64,000 bases of DNA from contig VJWM01000106.1 of the NCBI GenBank assembly GCA_010909165.1, forward strand, positions 248,001 to 312,000. Direction: 5' to 3'. The stretch comes from Anthoceros angustus. Its lineage: Eukaryota; Plantae; Anthocerotophyta. The notes below the pieces were generated by a model, which searched no databases, was not told where the DNA came from, and saw nothing but the letters and a program-made list of their open reading frames with translations. Below, piece after piece: positions 35,563 through 47,141 of this stretch (position 1 is the stretch's first letter; each line of letters opens with the position of its first letter). The position numbers and the translations under genes are program-made.

Positions 35563-38500
35563 CTTTCTTCTCCAGAGCTTCCCGTTGCTGCAGACTCCCA
35601 GCTGCCAGATTCATCCTCTATTTCCTCCTTGGGCTCTTCTGCTTTCCATTTCACCTCCCTAACTGGCTTCCACATGTGCAGGGAAGCCACAATCTCTGTC
35701 TCAGGCAGACAGTTAGAGTGTGCATACAGGTGAACCAGGAAGGCCGAAATAAAGGAGGGGCGAGAGGAAGGAAAGGTCAGATTCAGCCTCTCCTCACACA
35801 GCTTGTCAAAAATAATCCTGCCCCAATCGATCCTTGTACCCTTGACAACCTCATGGAGAAAAAGCAACAAATGGTCAGATAAATAATCCTACTTCTTGTG
35901 CTGCAGGAAACAAAGGAGCCATCGGCGGACCATGGCAGACCATTTCTCGAGTCAACCATCCATTGGGTTCCCGGTGCCGTGCCCCGAGTCGGCCGCTGCT
36001 GCCGTGCTCCTCTTCGGAGGCTCAATTACCAATCCTCCCACTTCCTCCTCGCCGCGCCCATACACCTCCTGACCAACTCCACATCCCAATCCTGTGGCCT
36101 CGCTCTGATTCCTTCCCCTGGTGACTTAGCCTTCAGCTGGCGAGCACACTCCTGCACCAGACTTGGGCTCACATAGTTCCACCGTTTCTCCATGAACCCG
36201 AGTCCCAGCTCCCTCACCAATTTCCCAGCTCGGACCCTCCAATGGTCCAATATGGACCATGGGGCAGTCGAAATTTCCGCTGCGGCCTTGGGCGCCATGC
36301 TCCTGCAAACCTCACGCCCACTGACGCTCCTCATAGCTCATCGCCCACTCCAAACTTAGTACTTCGGGGTTCCTACCTCCTCCCGACTCATGAGCTTCCC
36401 GCCGCCACGGGCCTTCCTTTCACGACCTGGCCCCGAGCTCGTGCCACAACGGTCCGGAGCTACCTCCCTCTCAGCGCCTCGTGCCTCCCTTGATCACGCT
36501 CCTCTTGCCTCGGCTCATCGCCTAGCTCCACTCCAGCTGCCTCACGCCCCTTGACTCCTCGATGCATGACTGCCTTGAGCTCCACTTCTTGGCGCCTTTG
36601 GCCCTTCCGAGTTTCCTTAGGGTTATATTCCCCTGAAACTCTACGACCGCCAACCGGCTTCTGCTACCACTTCCTCTTCTTCTTACACTTCCTCTTCTTC
36701 TCCACCACACCCGTAGCTGTAATTGTGGCTATTGCCCCCTCTTTATCTTTATAAAAAAGGGGGATCTCGCAGTGAAGGCTACGCTTGAGGGAAGCCAACG
36801 CACTCAAGTAGACTGCGGCGATTTATCGAGGAGGACCGAGAGAAGTCAATCTCGAACCTATCATCAACAACCTAGCTAATCAAATCTTCGATGGTATGTT
36901 AATATGTATTGGATTTTGTTGGTATTATATAGTTTGATATGTTGTTGGGGGCTTTTAAATAGTCTAAATAAGGAGGATGTACATCTTATTGCCAACGTCC
37001 ACTTGCCTGATCATGGTGCTCTACGTTATTACTGGTCCTTGCTTCGTTGGGCATTTGCTGTGTATTTGTGCCATGTCTGGTTATGAATGATGGCTTTTGT
37101 GAGCCTTGTTTATGATTGGCTAGACCTCGGGATCATATTCTTTTAGTTGGGCTACGGACATGTTGTATCTTGAAAGCAGGTTCGATGTTAAATCAGTGCA
37201 AGGTCTAAAGTGTTGAAGTAGCCTTCCTTGATAGATAGAAGTTACATTACATAGTTTTTCTTTTGAACTTAATTTACCCTTGTAGTAACAACAAGATGAT
37301 TGATATAGTTTTTTAGATTTGTTTTTCGAGGGTCTACTACTGCTTGGCTATCCGGGTGATATATAGCTAAGGGAGTAGCTGTCAGTAATAGATATATAAT
37401 GATACAATTGCACATCTTTTGTTGATTGTATCAGGTTTGGGTGAGAGAAATAGATGGAATATTGCTTCTAAAGGAGGTGTGGTGCAACATCACATGTTGA
37501 GGGTCCATTGCAAGGAGAAGGCAAACGAAATAACATCGCCGTGGCTGTATGACTACGGAAACAGAAACACCCTATAGTTGCACTACCTACCATATTGATA
37601 GTTGAACAAAACATATTGATCAATTTGTTGCAGGACTTCAAATTCAAATTGTATCTCATCAATGTCATCAATCTGATCGAACTATATAGATGTAAAATTG
37701 AGCAGTAGTTGCGTTGTTTGTTGAGGGGGCTTACCCGGCCGAACAAAATGATGATCACTATGTCCTAGAGGACCCTAATTTGATCGATCTATATAATTGA
37801 AGGATTCAAGTAATGACTAGGTTGTTTGGTGAGAGTCTGGCCTGGTTGTGTTTGGGCATGCTCTTGAGGGGAAGACCCAAGCAATAGAGGCTTGGGTGAC
37901 CAAATGTAACCTACATGCACATAGTGAGAGAATTTAATCTGTTATGAGATAAGAGAGTTGGTTAGCAATGTCGACTAATCAAGCTCACAACCGTGAGCAA
38001 TCCATGATTGAATGTGATTGGATGTGAATTGTGGTATAGCAATATATAAAGACACCCCTAACCGGGGCTTCAAAACTAGATGGAATTATAAATGCCTGGA
38101 TTTAGAAATGCCTGGATTAAATAGCTTACATTGTGATTGTAGGCTATTGATAAAAATCAACAAGGATGGTTTGCTCAGCAAAATTGTTAAGCACTCCTTT
38201 CGGGCAGAGATGGGGTGAAACTTGTGGAGGTTAGGGAATAGACATCAATATAAAAGTACTAGGAGTGGTGAGAGAACTAGAGGATTGAGGGAAAGCTGAC
38301 AGATGTGTGACTAGTGTGCCCCTACAAGCGCGGCTGAAAAGGAAAAATGTACGTGGTGTAACATATATGCACATAATGAAAGAATAATTTGTGATAAGAT
38401 GTGAGAATTGATTAGCAATGGCGTAATCAAGCCCTCAACTGTAGGCAATCCATGATTGAATAATTGAATGTGATTAGATGTGAATTGTGGTATAGCAATC

Positions 38501-39568
38501 TATCGCACAAGTTAAGCACTTGCATTCATTTAAGCACTTTCTCAACAGACAACCAAGCAAAACAAATCTAATTTGCAAATATAGGTACAAACCAATCCCT
38601 TGCATAACGAGCTAAGCATAGTTGTGTGATGGCACATGCCTCGAAGAGAAGGTAAGCAGTAGGACTTGCCGCGGCCATCGCTGCAAGCAAGAGGGTTCTC
38701 CGTGGCCCCGTCGCGGCTCTCCCGCCTCCACTACCGCATGCCACCATCGCTCCACCATCGTGTATCACCACTGCTCTACCACCATGCACCACCATCGCTC
38801 CATCACCGTGCGCCACCGGTACTACAACACCACGACATTAGTAGAGAACATGATGGAGGCAGTGAGACTTTGCAAAATGGAGACAAAATGGGACTCCCTC
38901 CATGCCTCCAAGATAGCTTCAGCAATAGTAACCTCAATATGTCTAAAGCTCCTTCTCCATGTCTCCTTCTCCACCACTACAGCTGTATTACAATATCCAT
39001 TAGTACTTATCGAGGATACCACAACAACTTATAGTTGTAACTGTGGTAGTAGTTGTAACTGTGGCATCCTCGATGACATCCTTCTACGCTTCTCCTCATC
39101 ATTTTCTCAGTTATTTTCAACATCTTCTCCTTCATGCTAGTGGCATCACCAAGTGGGTCACCTAGCCTCCTTCATCGTTGCTTCCTATGTTGTCGCCCCT
39201 CTACATCTCCTTCAACACATAATCCTTGACACTAGGGGGAGGATGCGCAGATGAGCACATGCGGCCCCCTTCTTTATGTTAGAAAAGCCAAGAATAAGCG
39301 TAAGAAGCGTAAGCGTAGACGTAAGCGTAGAACCTCGTCACCGCCCCTACCCACTTAAGTCTTTGTAGGATATTTGGAGCAATCAGACGTTGCGCTCCAA
39401 ATCAAGACTTGCCCCACGGGCGCATAGTTATTGCGCGAGGTTTATGAGTCTCTTTCTCCAATTCCTCTGAATTTGGACTTGCTTCTATACCGGTTGTTGG
39501 AGTGTGAGGTTATGTTAGCCTCGCTGAAAGAAGCCCTCCGTACATGGAGCGACTTCGTGCACGTAACG

Positions 39569-39826
39569 CCAAGAGCGTCTTCCAAGAGGCTATGGAATGT
39601 GCTTTGGATTGCTTTCAAGTTACTCCACGAGCATCAAGTGCTCGGATGTAATTAGGAATGCCAAGAGTGCCTTCCAAGAGGCTATGGAATGTGCTTTGGA
39701 TTGCTTTCAAATTACTCCACGAGCATCAAGTGCTCCGATGTAATTAGGAACGCCAAAAGCGCCTTCCAAGAGGCTCTGGAATGTGCTTTGGATTGCTTTC
39801 AAGTTACTCCGCGAACATCAAGTGCT
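39569..39826. repeat. 92-bp tandem repeat, ~2.8 copies
   Basis: Units start at 39569, 39661 and 39753 (CCAAGAG..CTTCCAAGAGGCTATGGAATGTGCTTTGGATTGCTTTCAAGTTACTCC..CATCAAGTGCT). Confidence 0.85.
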
Positions 39827-41701
39827 GATTGATGAGCAACGAAACTCTCTATAAAAAAAATTGCACAATGCTTATGTAAACCCTATGCTCTATCTACAAG
39901 AGCACATTCTACTTATTATACACTCTTAACAAGTTGTCGTAAAATGCATGGTATACTACATTGCATACGACACTGGTTAGCCTATAATGCATTACTTAGG
40001 TCGCTTCTTAGTTTTGATCTGTCTAGTAGGCTTGAGCATGTTCATGTTTTACCGCCACGTTTCAAAATGCGCTGACCAATTTGCGCTAGCTAGTCTGTTG
40101 CCCATTAGGTGCTAAGAGTACCACCCACAGATGAGGGCTCATTAAGATTTCAATTGCATAAGAGAATAGTTAGCTATTGAAAGTATTAGGTAGTTTTGGT
40201 ACTTAGGGCCCAAGGCAAGTTAGAATACAATACAATCCATAAAACAGTACCCACTAGCAAGTCAAGATGCTTAGTAGGTCACTCCATAAGAAAAATAACT
40301 AATTAAAGGATGATTAGTAGGTCACTCCGTAAGAGAAGAAAAATAACTAATCAATAGAGTACCGAGTACTAGGTGGTTATGGCACCAAGGCAAACTAACA
40401 TACAATGAAGAAGAAGAAATCGATGCATTTCATCAAACACCAATTACAAGAAGTTATAGGTAGGTTTTACCAAGTTCAATTGTTTAATTTTTAGCAACGA
40501 GAAAGAATACCTAGGATTTGATAAACAAATCTTCAAACATGATTACCTAGGTATACATCATTTAGCCAATACCATTCCGGACAACAAAAAATATTTTTCA
40601 TAATTTTAATAACAAATATGAATACATGATTACATATATATGTCATTATGTGGCCAAAACCTAGGTTTAATTCCCAGCTTTTCGAAGGAGCGGTTATACA
40701 TTTACTTTCCTTTTTCAAGGAAGATCATACCAAGTTTTTATATAATAAAATCATACAAGTTCTTCTGGGAGTCGAACGTGTGGTGTTGGTCGAGCTAGGG
40801 ACATGACAGATCACCCTATAATGAGGTTGGAGTCCGTGTTTTTGACAAAGAAAAATCATGTGATAATAATAACTAGCCCAATAATTGCTTGGGAAAATAA
40901 AGTAAGAGCACCTTATTGAGCACGTCTACCAAGCTTCAATAGTTATAGGGAGACCGGAAAGTCGCAATAAAAAGGAGCAATTAATCTCTATATCTACAGT
41001 CGCCTATAACTCCTACTATGTCACAACCAGGAAGATTAAATGGCCTACACACAACATCATCTCCTGTCGTCACCGTCCCGAAGATCTGCCCTTGCAAGTG
41101 CCCTTCGAAAAACTACGAGCAGCTTGTTTGGAAAAGTCTCCTTTACAAAGGAGATTCAGACTTTGACATAACGGACCTCTTACTTTAAGGCCTCAACAAG
41201 TTAGAACCACTGGTTTCTTAGCGACAACCGATAAAGGTCAGAATCACTCTTCTTAAAGGAGGTTAGGTGTTTCCCCATCGCAAGAACGGTCTTGCCCAAG
41301 TATGGAACCAGTTAGGTGTCTCGGACGCAACCCACAGCCTCCATGCCACACGATGAAAACCAATTTTCCTGAAGAACTTCGTCACTTCCGTGAAGACCTT
41401 CGTCACTTCCCTGAAGATCTTCATTATCGACAACTCCGAATCGACGCAACCCCATGGAGTGGATTCAACCTAACATGGCGCATATCAAACGAATTTTGAA
41501 CAGAATTCTCATGGGGTCCTCCAGAGGCGTAGGAGAACAGGGTACGTTGTGGATTGACAGACAATTGACACGCCGCGCTGCACTGCACTGCCCATCTAGC
41601 AGCCGGAGCTTGCGGGCTTTCCCCACAAATCTGAGTGAGATTCAGGGAGCGCAACGAAGAGGCATGAACGGTGTCGAACCAAAATAAAACAAGACGCGCA
41701 T

Positions 41702-43480
41702 TCAGGCTTGTCGTTCTGTGATTTGAAATGACCTGCGGGGAGGAAGTCCCTCACTAACTGTTTTCCTCACCTCCTCCCACGCATCATCTTCAGGGACCTC
41801 AATCTGCAAGCGAATTCATAATATGACCTTTCTATGCCAGGACAGCACAACAAAATGCATAACCCAAAAAAACAGTAGTCCACGTGATTCTTTACCTCAC
41901 TTAACGCCTTGAACACAGCCTTTACTGTGTTATGAGGATGTCGCGACCCAACAATCTGAGTACCAACCATGCCCAGTCATTTGAACATTGTCTCAACAAC
42001 CTTACATTGTCGCAATTGTGCACCCAACAAGGTGGCTTTCAAAACTGTTTGTGCAGCCAGCTTACTTTAGTTTTCACATCCTTGAACCCTGCCAGCCTTA
42101 GAATGCCACCAACTGTGTGACTAGCCCTCATTCCTGTCCCAGGTTTAGCTGGCCACAGGTAAACCTGCGTGCGAAGCACAAATGTGAGTAGACAAGTCCT
42201 ATCAGATGGACACACTGGCACTCAGCTTCTAGTTAGGGATTCTGAAAGGCAATCCGCGAAGTTCTTTCTCTTCAGGACTACCGAGTGGTATACCTTGGTC
42301 TTGCCATACTTAGTATCATGTTTCCTGAATATTGTGTGGCCATGATACCTCTCGAAGTAGTGCAGGTTATTGGAAGCTCTCAAATAAGCCTAGAAAGGCC
42401 ACCACAGGAACACAGTCATCACCAAAATGCAGCACCATGACCACAGTCAAGCTGCAAATCAAGCTCTTCCTAAATCTCACCTTGTCGACAGCGGATGCTA
42501 CCTCTGTAGACTTGCCTTTGCCAAAGCCTACAACTCCTTTGTTGTTTCCGCAAATGACAAACGCAGTGAAGTTCATGATTCCACCACCCTGCAAGAAGTT
42601 TCGACAGTGCAAGTTAGGTTAACATCCACTAGACAAACAACTGAGTCTTATGTCACGACTGTTGAAGTTTACAACACAGACATGTAGACCACTGGCTCCT
42701 TTTTGTGTTCAGAATCCAAACTCACCTTTGTCACCTTACAGGTCCGATTTACGTCAATCACTTTCATTTCCTGCAAGACCAAACACGGCTAACTAACTCA
42801 GTCTACCACAACGCCAATCCCTCCTACTCAAAGTCGTAACTTAACCACTACAACATCCCAGCCAGGCTTCAAGCAAACACTCATACGCGGGCTGCAGCAT
42901 TCACCATCCTGTTGGGAGTCCATCCTGGCGTCGAAGGAGGCCTGATCTTCAAAGCTTGCTCGAACAGGAACCTCCGTTTCCTGCGAGGTGCATTCAGAAT
43001 TTGCGACTGCAGAGAAGTCTCCTCCAACGTTAGGGCCGTACTCGTGCCGCTCTCCACCGCATTCTCTTCCCCCTCCTCCTCCTCCTCCTCCCTCCTACCA
43101 ACTGGCCTTTGGCCTCGTGGCAGTTGGCCCGTTCCCATCCATCGAACTCCATCCCCTGCTGCTTGCCACCGCGTCCCTGCAAGACACTACCTCAATCACG
43201 TTAACCTAACCAGCCAACGTCCAGACGGCCCCGATCCACAAACAAAGAGGCAGAAACGCCAGCTCAAAAGAGACAACTGACCGACATACATGCAGGCGCG
43301 ACCCTGCAGAGCCTGTGCAAAGGCAGGCCTGGGCTCCCGTGAGCTGGATGCAGCGGAATCGAGAAAACCCCTGGCAGCTGCAGGCACAGGTGACGGACGA
43401 TCCACGCAGTGCGCAGAGCTTTGCACCGATCTGATGAGGAAGCGCCAGCAGCGGCCTCCTCTGCCTGCTGCGGCCGCCAT
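41702..43480 (-). CDS. RPS5: Mitochondrial ribosomal protein S5 (uS5m) family, multi-exon
   Basis: EMKVIDVNRTCKVTKG; GGIMNFTAFVICGNNKGVVGFGKGKSTEVASAVDK; VYLWPAKPGTGMRASHTVGGILRLAGFKDVKTKV; GSRHPHNTVKAVFKALSE. The N-terminal exon MAAAAGRGGRCWRFLIRSVQSS resembles a mitochondrial transit peptide. Confidence 0.85.
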
Positions 43481-43547
43481 GGCTGATCAAGAGGCTAGGA
43501 AACAGAGCATCTGCAGAGAACGAACAAGGCTGACGCTCAGCTGTTGA

Positions 43548-43573
43548 TTAACCCTGAGTCGACTCAGGGTTAA
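43548..43573. promoter_or_regulatory. Perfect 26-bp palindrome TTAACCCTGAGTCGACTCAGGGTTAA upstream of the uS5m start
   Basis: The sequence equals its own reverse complement and lies 68 bp upstream of ATG 43480. A regulatory role is inference only. Confidence 0.5.
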
Positions 43574-44475
43574 CTACTTCCGCGACTGGGGTGCTGTATT
43601 GAGCGTGTACTGCATTTCGCTCGCTTCGCATGTAGTTGGCTTGCTTCGCGTGTGTTGTGCCTCACAGCATTGTCGGCAACGCTGGTGTGTCTGTGAGTTG
43701 CCTGCGGTGCCATCGCTGTTTTGGTACTGAGAGTGAGTCTGCGATGGGAGACAATGTGTCAGTAGCGCAGCATGAGGAAGAGCAGGAGCAGGTCTCAGAG
43801 GGCGGGGAGAACGAGCAAACAGAGCAGGTATGGTGACCGTCACACCCTAGGGCATCGGAGGTCGGGAGCTGGACTGGTGGCGGCAACGGAGCAGGTGCTG
43901 ATTTTTGGATGGTGTCCATGTGGCAGGAGGTTGAGGTGGCTCAGGAGGAGCCGGAGGAGTCTACGGAGTCTGCAGGGGACGACGATGCAGGAGGGTCAGA
44001 TGAGGATGATCAGAAGGCGCTGAAAGTCACGGTCCGTGATGGTTGATTCGGTTTTTAGCTAGCGCTGGTGGCTGGATCGGGCCGGAATTCGGCACGGTTG
44101 TGCGGGAATTGTGGGGATTGCAGGATTGAGCTGGCGGTGATGGAAAATGTCGGGTTGGTGTGGTTGCGCGGTGTCTGGTGCTTTCAGTGGGGAATGTGGA
44201 GTGGCATATGGTTGTGCAAAATACCTGGTTTTCGTGCCTGGGGTTGGGATTGTGTCCGGTTAGGTTTAGTAGGATGGGCACAGGTTTGGGGAGCCATGGC
44301 CTTGGCTGGTTGATTTGAAAGGGTATTCCAAGGCTATGAAGAGTTGCAAAGGCTTTTCCAGAGCTGTGCAGAATGAATGATTGAATGTATGCTTCAGTGC
44401 GGAAGGGGTTGTGGCTGACAGAACGGAAGTGGAAGTTTGGGGTCTGAATTGGAAGAGAAAGGAGCTTTATCAGCA

Positions 44476-45143
44476 ATGGGTAAGGAGGCGAAGTCTAAAG
44501 AGAAGGAGGGAGGGAAGGACGGGGAGAAGGGAGAAAAAACTAAAGGGAAAAAGAGTGGTATAACGGTGCACTGCTTGAACCAGGCTTGCCCTGTGCTTGT
44601 GTGGATGGGAATTGGGGGTTGACCATGCGCGGTCCTCACACTACGTGCTGCTGTGGGGTTTGCAGGTGGACGATGTGAACACTGCACCTATGGATTTCCG
44701 CTTCCCCACCACAAACCAGGCCAAGCATTGCTTCACACGATACAATGAGTATCACAAGTAGGGTCTTCTCTCTCTCTCTCTCGCTTGAGGCAGAAAGGAC
44801 TGGAGCAAGCAAAGCAAATCATGTGCCAGTTCCAGATTCAAGATCTGTGGAACCCCGTTCCAGTCCACTCCACTGATGTTGGTTCTCTGTGCATGCACAG
44901 ATGCATCGCGGAAAAGGGCGAAGATTCTGGTGACTGCAAGAAGTATGCCAAGTACTACCGGTCCTTGTGCCCCAACGAATGGGTACGTCCATGTTTTATT
45001 GTCACTGGAAGTGCAGCCAGCCAGCCAGCCAGCCAGCCGGTTAAGCTTCTTTTAACTAACGAGCAAACAAACGATGCACGTCCATGCAGGTCCAGAAGTG
45101 GAACGAGCAGAGAGAAAACGGGACTTTTGCAGGAAGGTATTAG
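44476..45143 (+). CDS. COX6B: Cytochrome c oxidase subunit 6b; exons 44476-44565 (tentative), 44666-44757, 44901-44982, 45090-45143
   Basis: TAPMDFRFPTTNQAKHCFTRYNEYHK|CIAEKGEDSGDCKKYAKYYRSLCPNEW|VQKWNEQRENGTFAGRY* joined by GT-AG introns. Confidence 0.92.
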
Positions 45144-45616
45144 GCTGTCCCTCAAGCCGGGGACGGTCAGCTGTCGAAGGAACCCCTCCTGGACGAAACT
45201 GCCCAGCCCAAGCGGAAGTTCAGCACAGCGGGGCCTACACTCGTGAAGTGTCTGGAATTTTTTTTTTTTTGGGACTCTTGTGAGGCCCCCTTTGTCAGTG
45301 ACGGGCGAATGCCCAGTTGTGGTACGTAGAACATGTAGTGAGGTGCTGCAACGAGGCATGGACGGTTTTTGTGATGTAAAAAATTGTGTCAATCATGAGT
45401 CAATCTTGCGAAGGCAAGTAGTAACTAACATCTACACCCACACCCACTGTCGAACCTCGCAGCATAGAAAAACCTTCCTTCCCTGTCTGCTTCCTTTCTT
45501 CCCAGCTGGTGCAAGATAGCTATTACACTTCCATCTAGCTCGCAAGGAGGCAAGCAGACAGGCAGAGAAACAAAGCCAACCATCCGCTCTAACGAGCAGC
45601 AGCAGGAGAGACGTCA

Positions 45617-47141
45617 TCAGAGCGATGAGCAATCCGAGGGCGCAAACCCTATCTTAGATTTGTCAGGATCATAAACCACCAAGTAATTCTGCTGCAATAG
45701 ATTTCCCAAGACGTTAGGCCCGAGCGGGTCCTGCACCTCCCCGATGGCCAGACACCGCACCCCGACCTCCACTTCCACGAAAATGTTCTCCACAGGCGGC
45801 TCCAGCAGCGCGCCCCCCTTGAACCAGAGCGAGAGCCTGGGAAGCTCCACCAGCTTTCCCTTCGTGGGCACCCGGAAGCAGAGAGTGAGCGTGGCGTCGA
45901 AGGGCGGCGCCTGGGGTAGCGAACGGCCGCGGCGACCGCCTTGTACACCCGCCGGTAGGCGGCCGGGACCAGGTAGGTGAGCGTCACCCCCGACTCGACG
46001 ACCGTCCCTCCGTTCCCCGCCTTGTCGAATACCCACACCTTAGACTTGATGGGCAGAGGGGCGCCGCCCACCGCGACCTTCACCGGCCGCACGTAGTAGA
46101 AGGTGGGCGAGAATTCATTCCTCAGAATGTCGGTATAGGAGAATCGCAAGCGACCAAGCTTCTTCCCCGCCAGCAGCGCCTCGCTCTCCTCCCCCAGCAC
46201 CAGCAGCGACGACGTGCTTGTGGGCTCGAGAATGCCAGCAGACAGTAGGCGAATTTGGCCCTGAACTGCCCCCGGATCTGCTGCGGCAGGGAAACCGGGC
46301 CTTGTCCCAGCCCCAACACCCCGTCCGCCTGCCCGAAGGCCGCCCGGCATTCACCCCGTTCCACCGAAGACCACGTTCTGGAGCTTCACCTCCGGCCCCG
46401 CACCGCCTTGAAGGTCACCGTCTCCCGCCCCAGGATCCCGGTGGTGAAGCTCGCCCCGCCCCCGTACTGGTAGCGGTAAAGCAGGGCCCCAGGCCGCGTC
46501 CAGGCAGGCCGGGAAGGTGTCCGGGGCCGGGACCTGGAAGCATTGCTGCGAGTTGCATGGCTCAGGCTTGAAGGAGGAGGAGTTCGATGGGCGGTAGAGG
46601 ACTCCTCTGCTGGTAGCATTGCACGCAGGGGCGCATTGGGTCCATACCAGATCGCCTCCCGTGTCTACAATCAGGCTCACCCGCTGCGGGGGCGTGCCCA
46701 GCCGGAAATCCACCAGGTAGTTCCCTGTCCCGAATGCCGCGCCGGAGATGAGCTGGGACTTGAGGTTGGTGCTCCCACTCACCTTCTTCCCGCCGACCTC
46801 CCCCAAATCCCTCCCCCAATTCGCATGCCGTTGCCCCACCCCTGTGAGCATTGCCAAATCCCGGGCCAGAGTCTCGGAGATCTCGTCCGCCCGGGTGGCG
46901 AAGTGCTTCCGGATCGGGGAGCCCGGGGAGTCCCTGTGCACCAGCTCCAGCCGCACCCCCTTCCCAGAAGATGCCTTTGCCGCTTCTGGGTTGTCCACGT
47001 CCAGGAGGCTGCGCTTGGTGGGCAGCATGCGGATGCCTTCCCCGCTCTCCAATTCATGCCATAAGCCTCTGAGGCTGGCCAGAACGCGCCCTCCTTCTGC
47101 GCCTGCATCATCGGTAACCGGGCGTTGCTGCCGCATCAAAG
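45617..47141 (-). pseudogene. 5'-truncated, frameshifted copy of the A1 aspartic-protease-like gene
   Basis: GNYLVDFRLGTPPQRVSLIVDTGGDLVWTQC..NVLGNLLQQNYLVVYDPDKSKIGFAPSDCSSL*. Truncated at the GGACGAAAC junction (47142-47150). Confidence 0.8.

Larger units (their letters stand above)
19994..36830 (-). mobile_element. Outer retroelement-like element with an accessory ORF (LVxEx/WGRIIF domain plus coiled coil), interrupted by the copia insertion; far terminus not located
   Basis: The element strand ends ..CCTACAACGACA..GACACA at 19994. The ORF starts MAPKAAAE at 36298 and includes PSLVQECARQL and KGTRIDWGRIIFDKL. It breaks at the copia TSD (35563) and resumes at 22594 with AEKAKKMKAKRK..LEEEK..RIKVQEELRKAQEELHS (coiled coil). 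No RT or integrase belonging to this element was seen. Confidence 0.55.

Noticed and set aside
38622-39140. 172-aa and 122-aa plus-strand ORFs
   Set aside because: Low-complexity His/Thr/Ser text with no domain, in a repeat-like region; not supported as genes.
39569-39826. Possible CRISPR array
   Set aside because: Whole 92-bp units are repeated with no unique spacers, there are no cas genes, and the context is eukaryotic.
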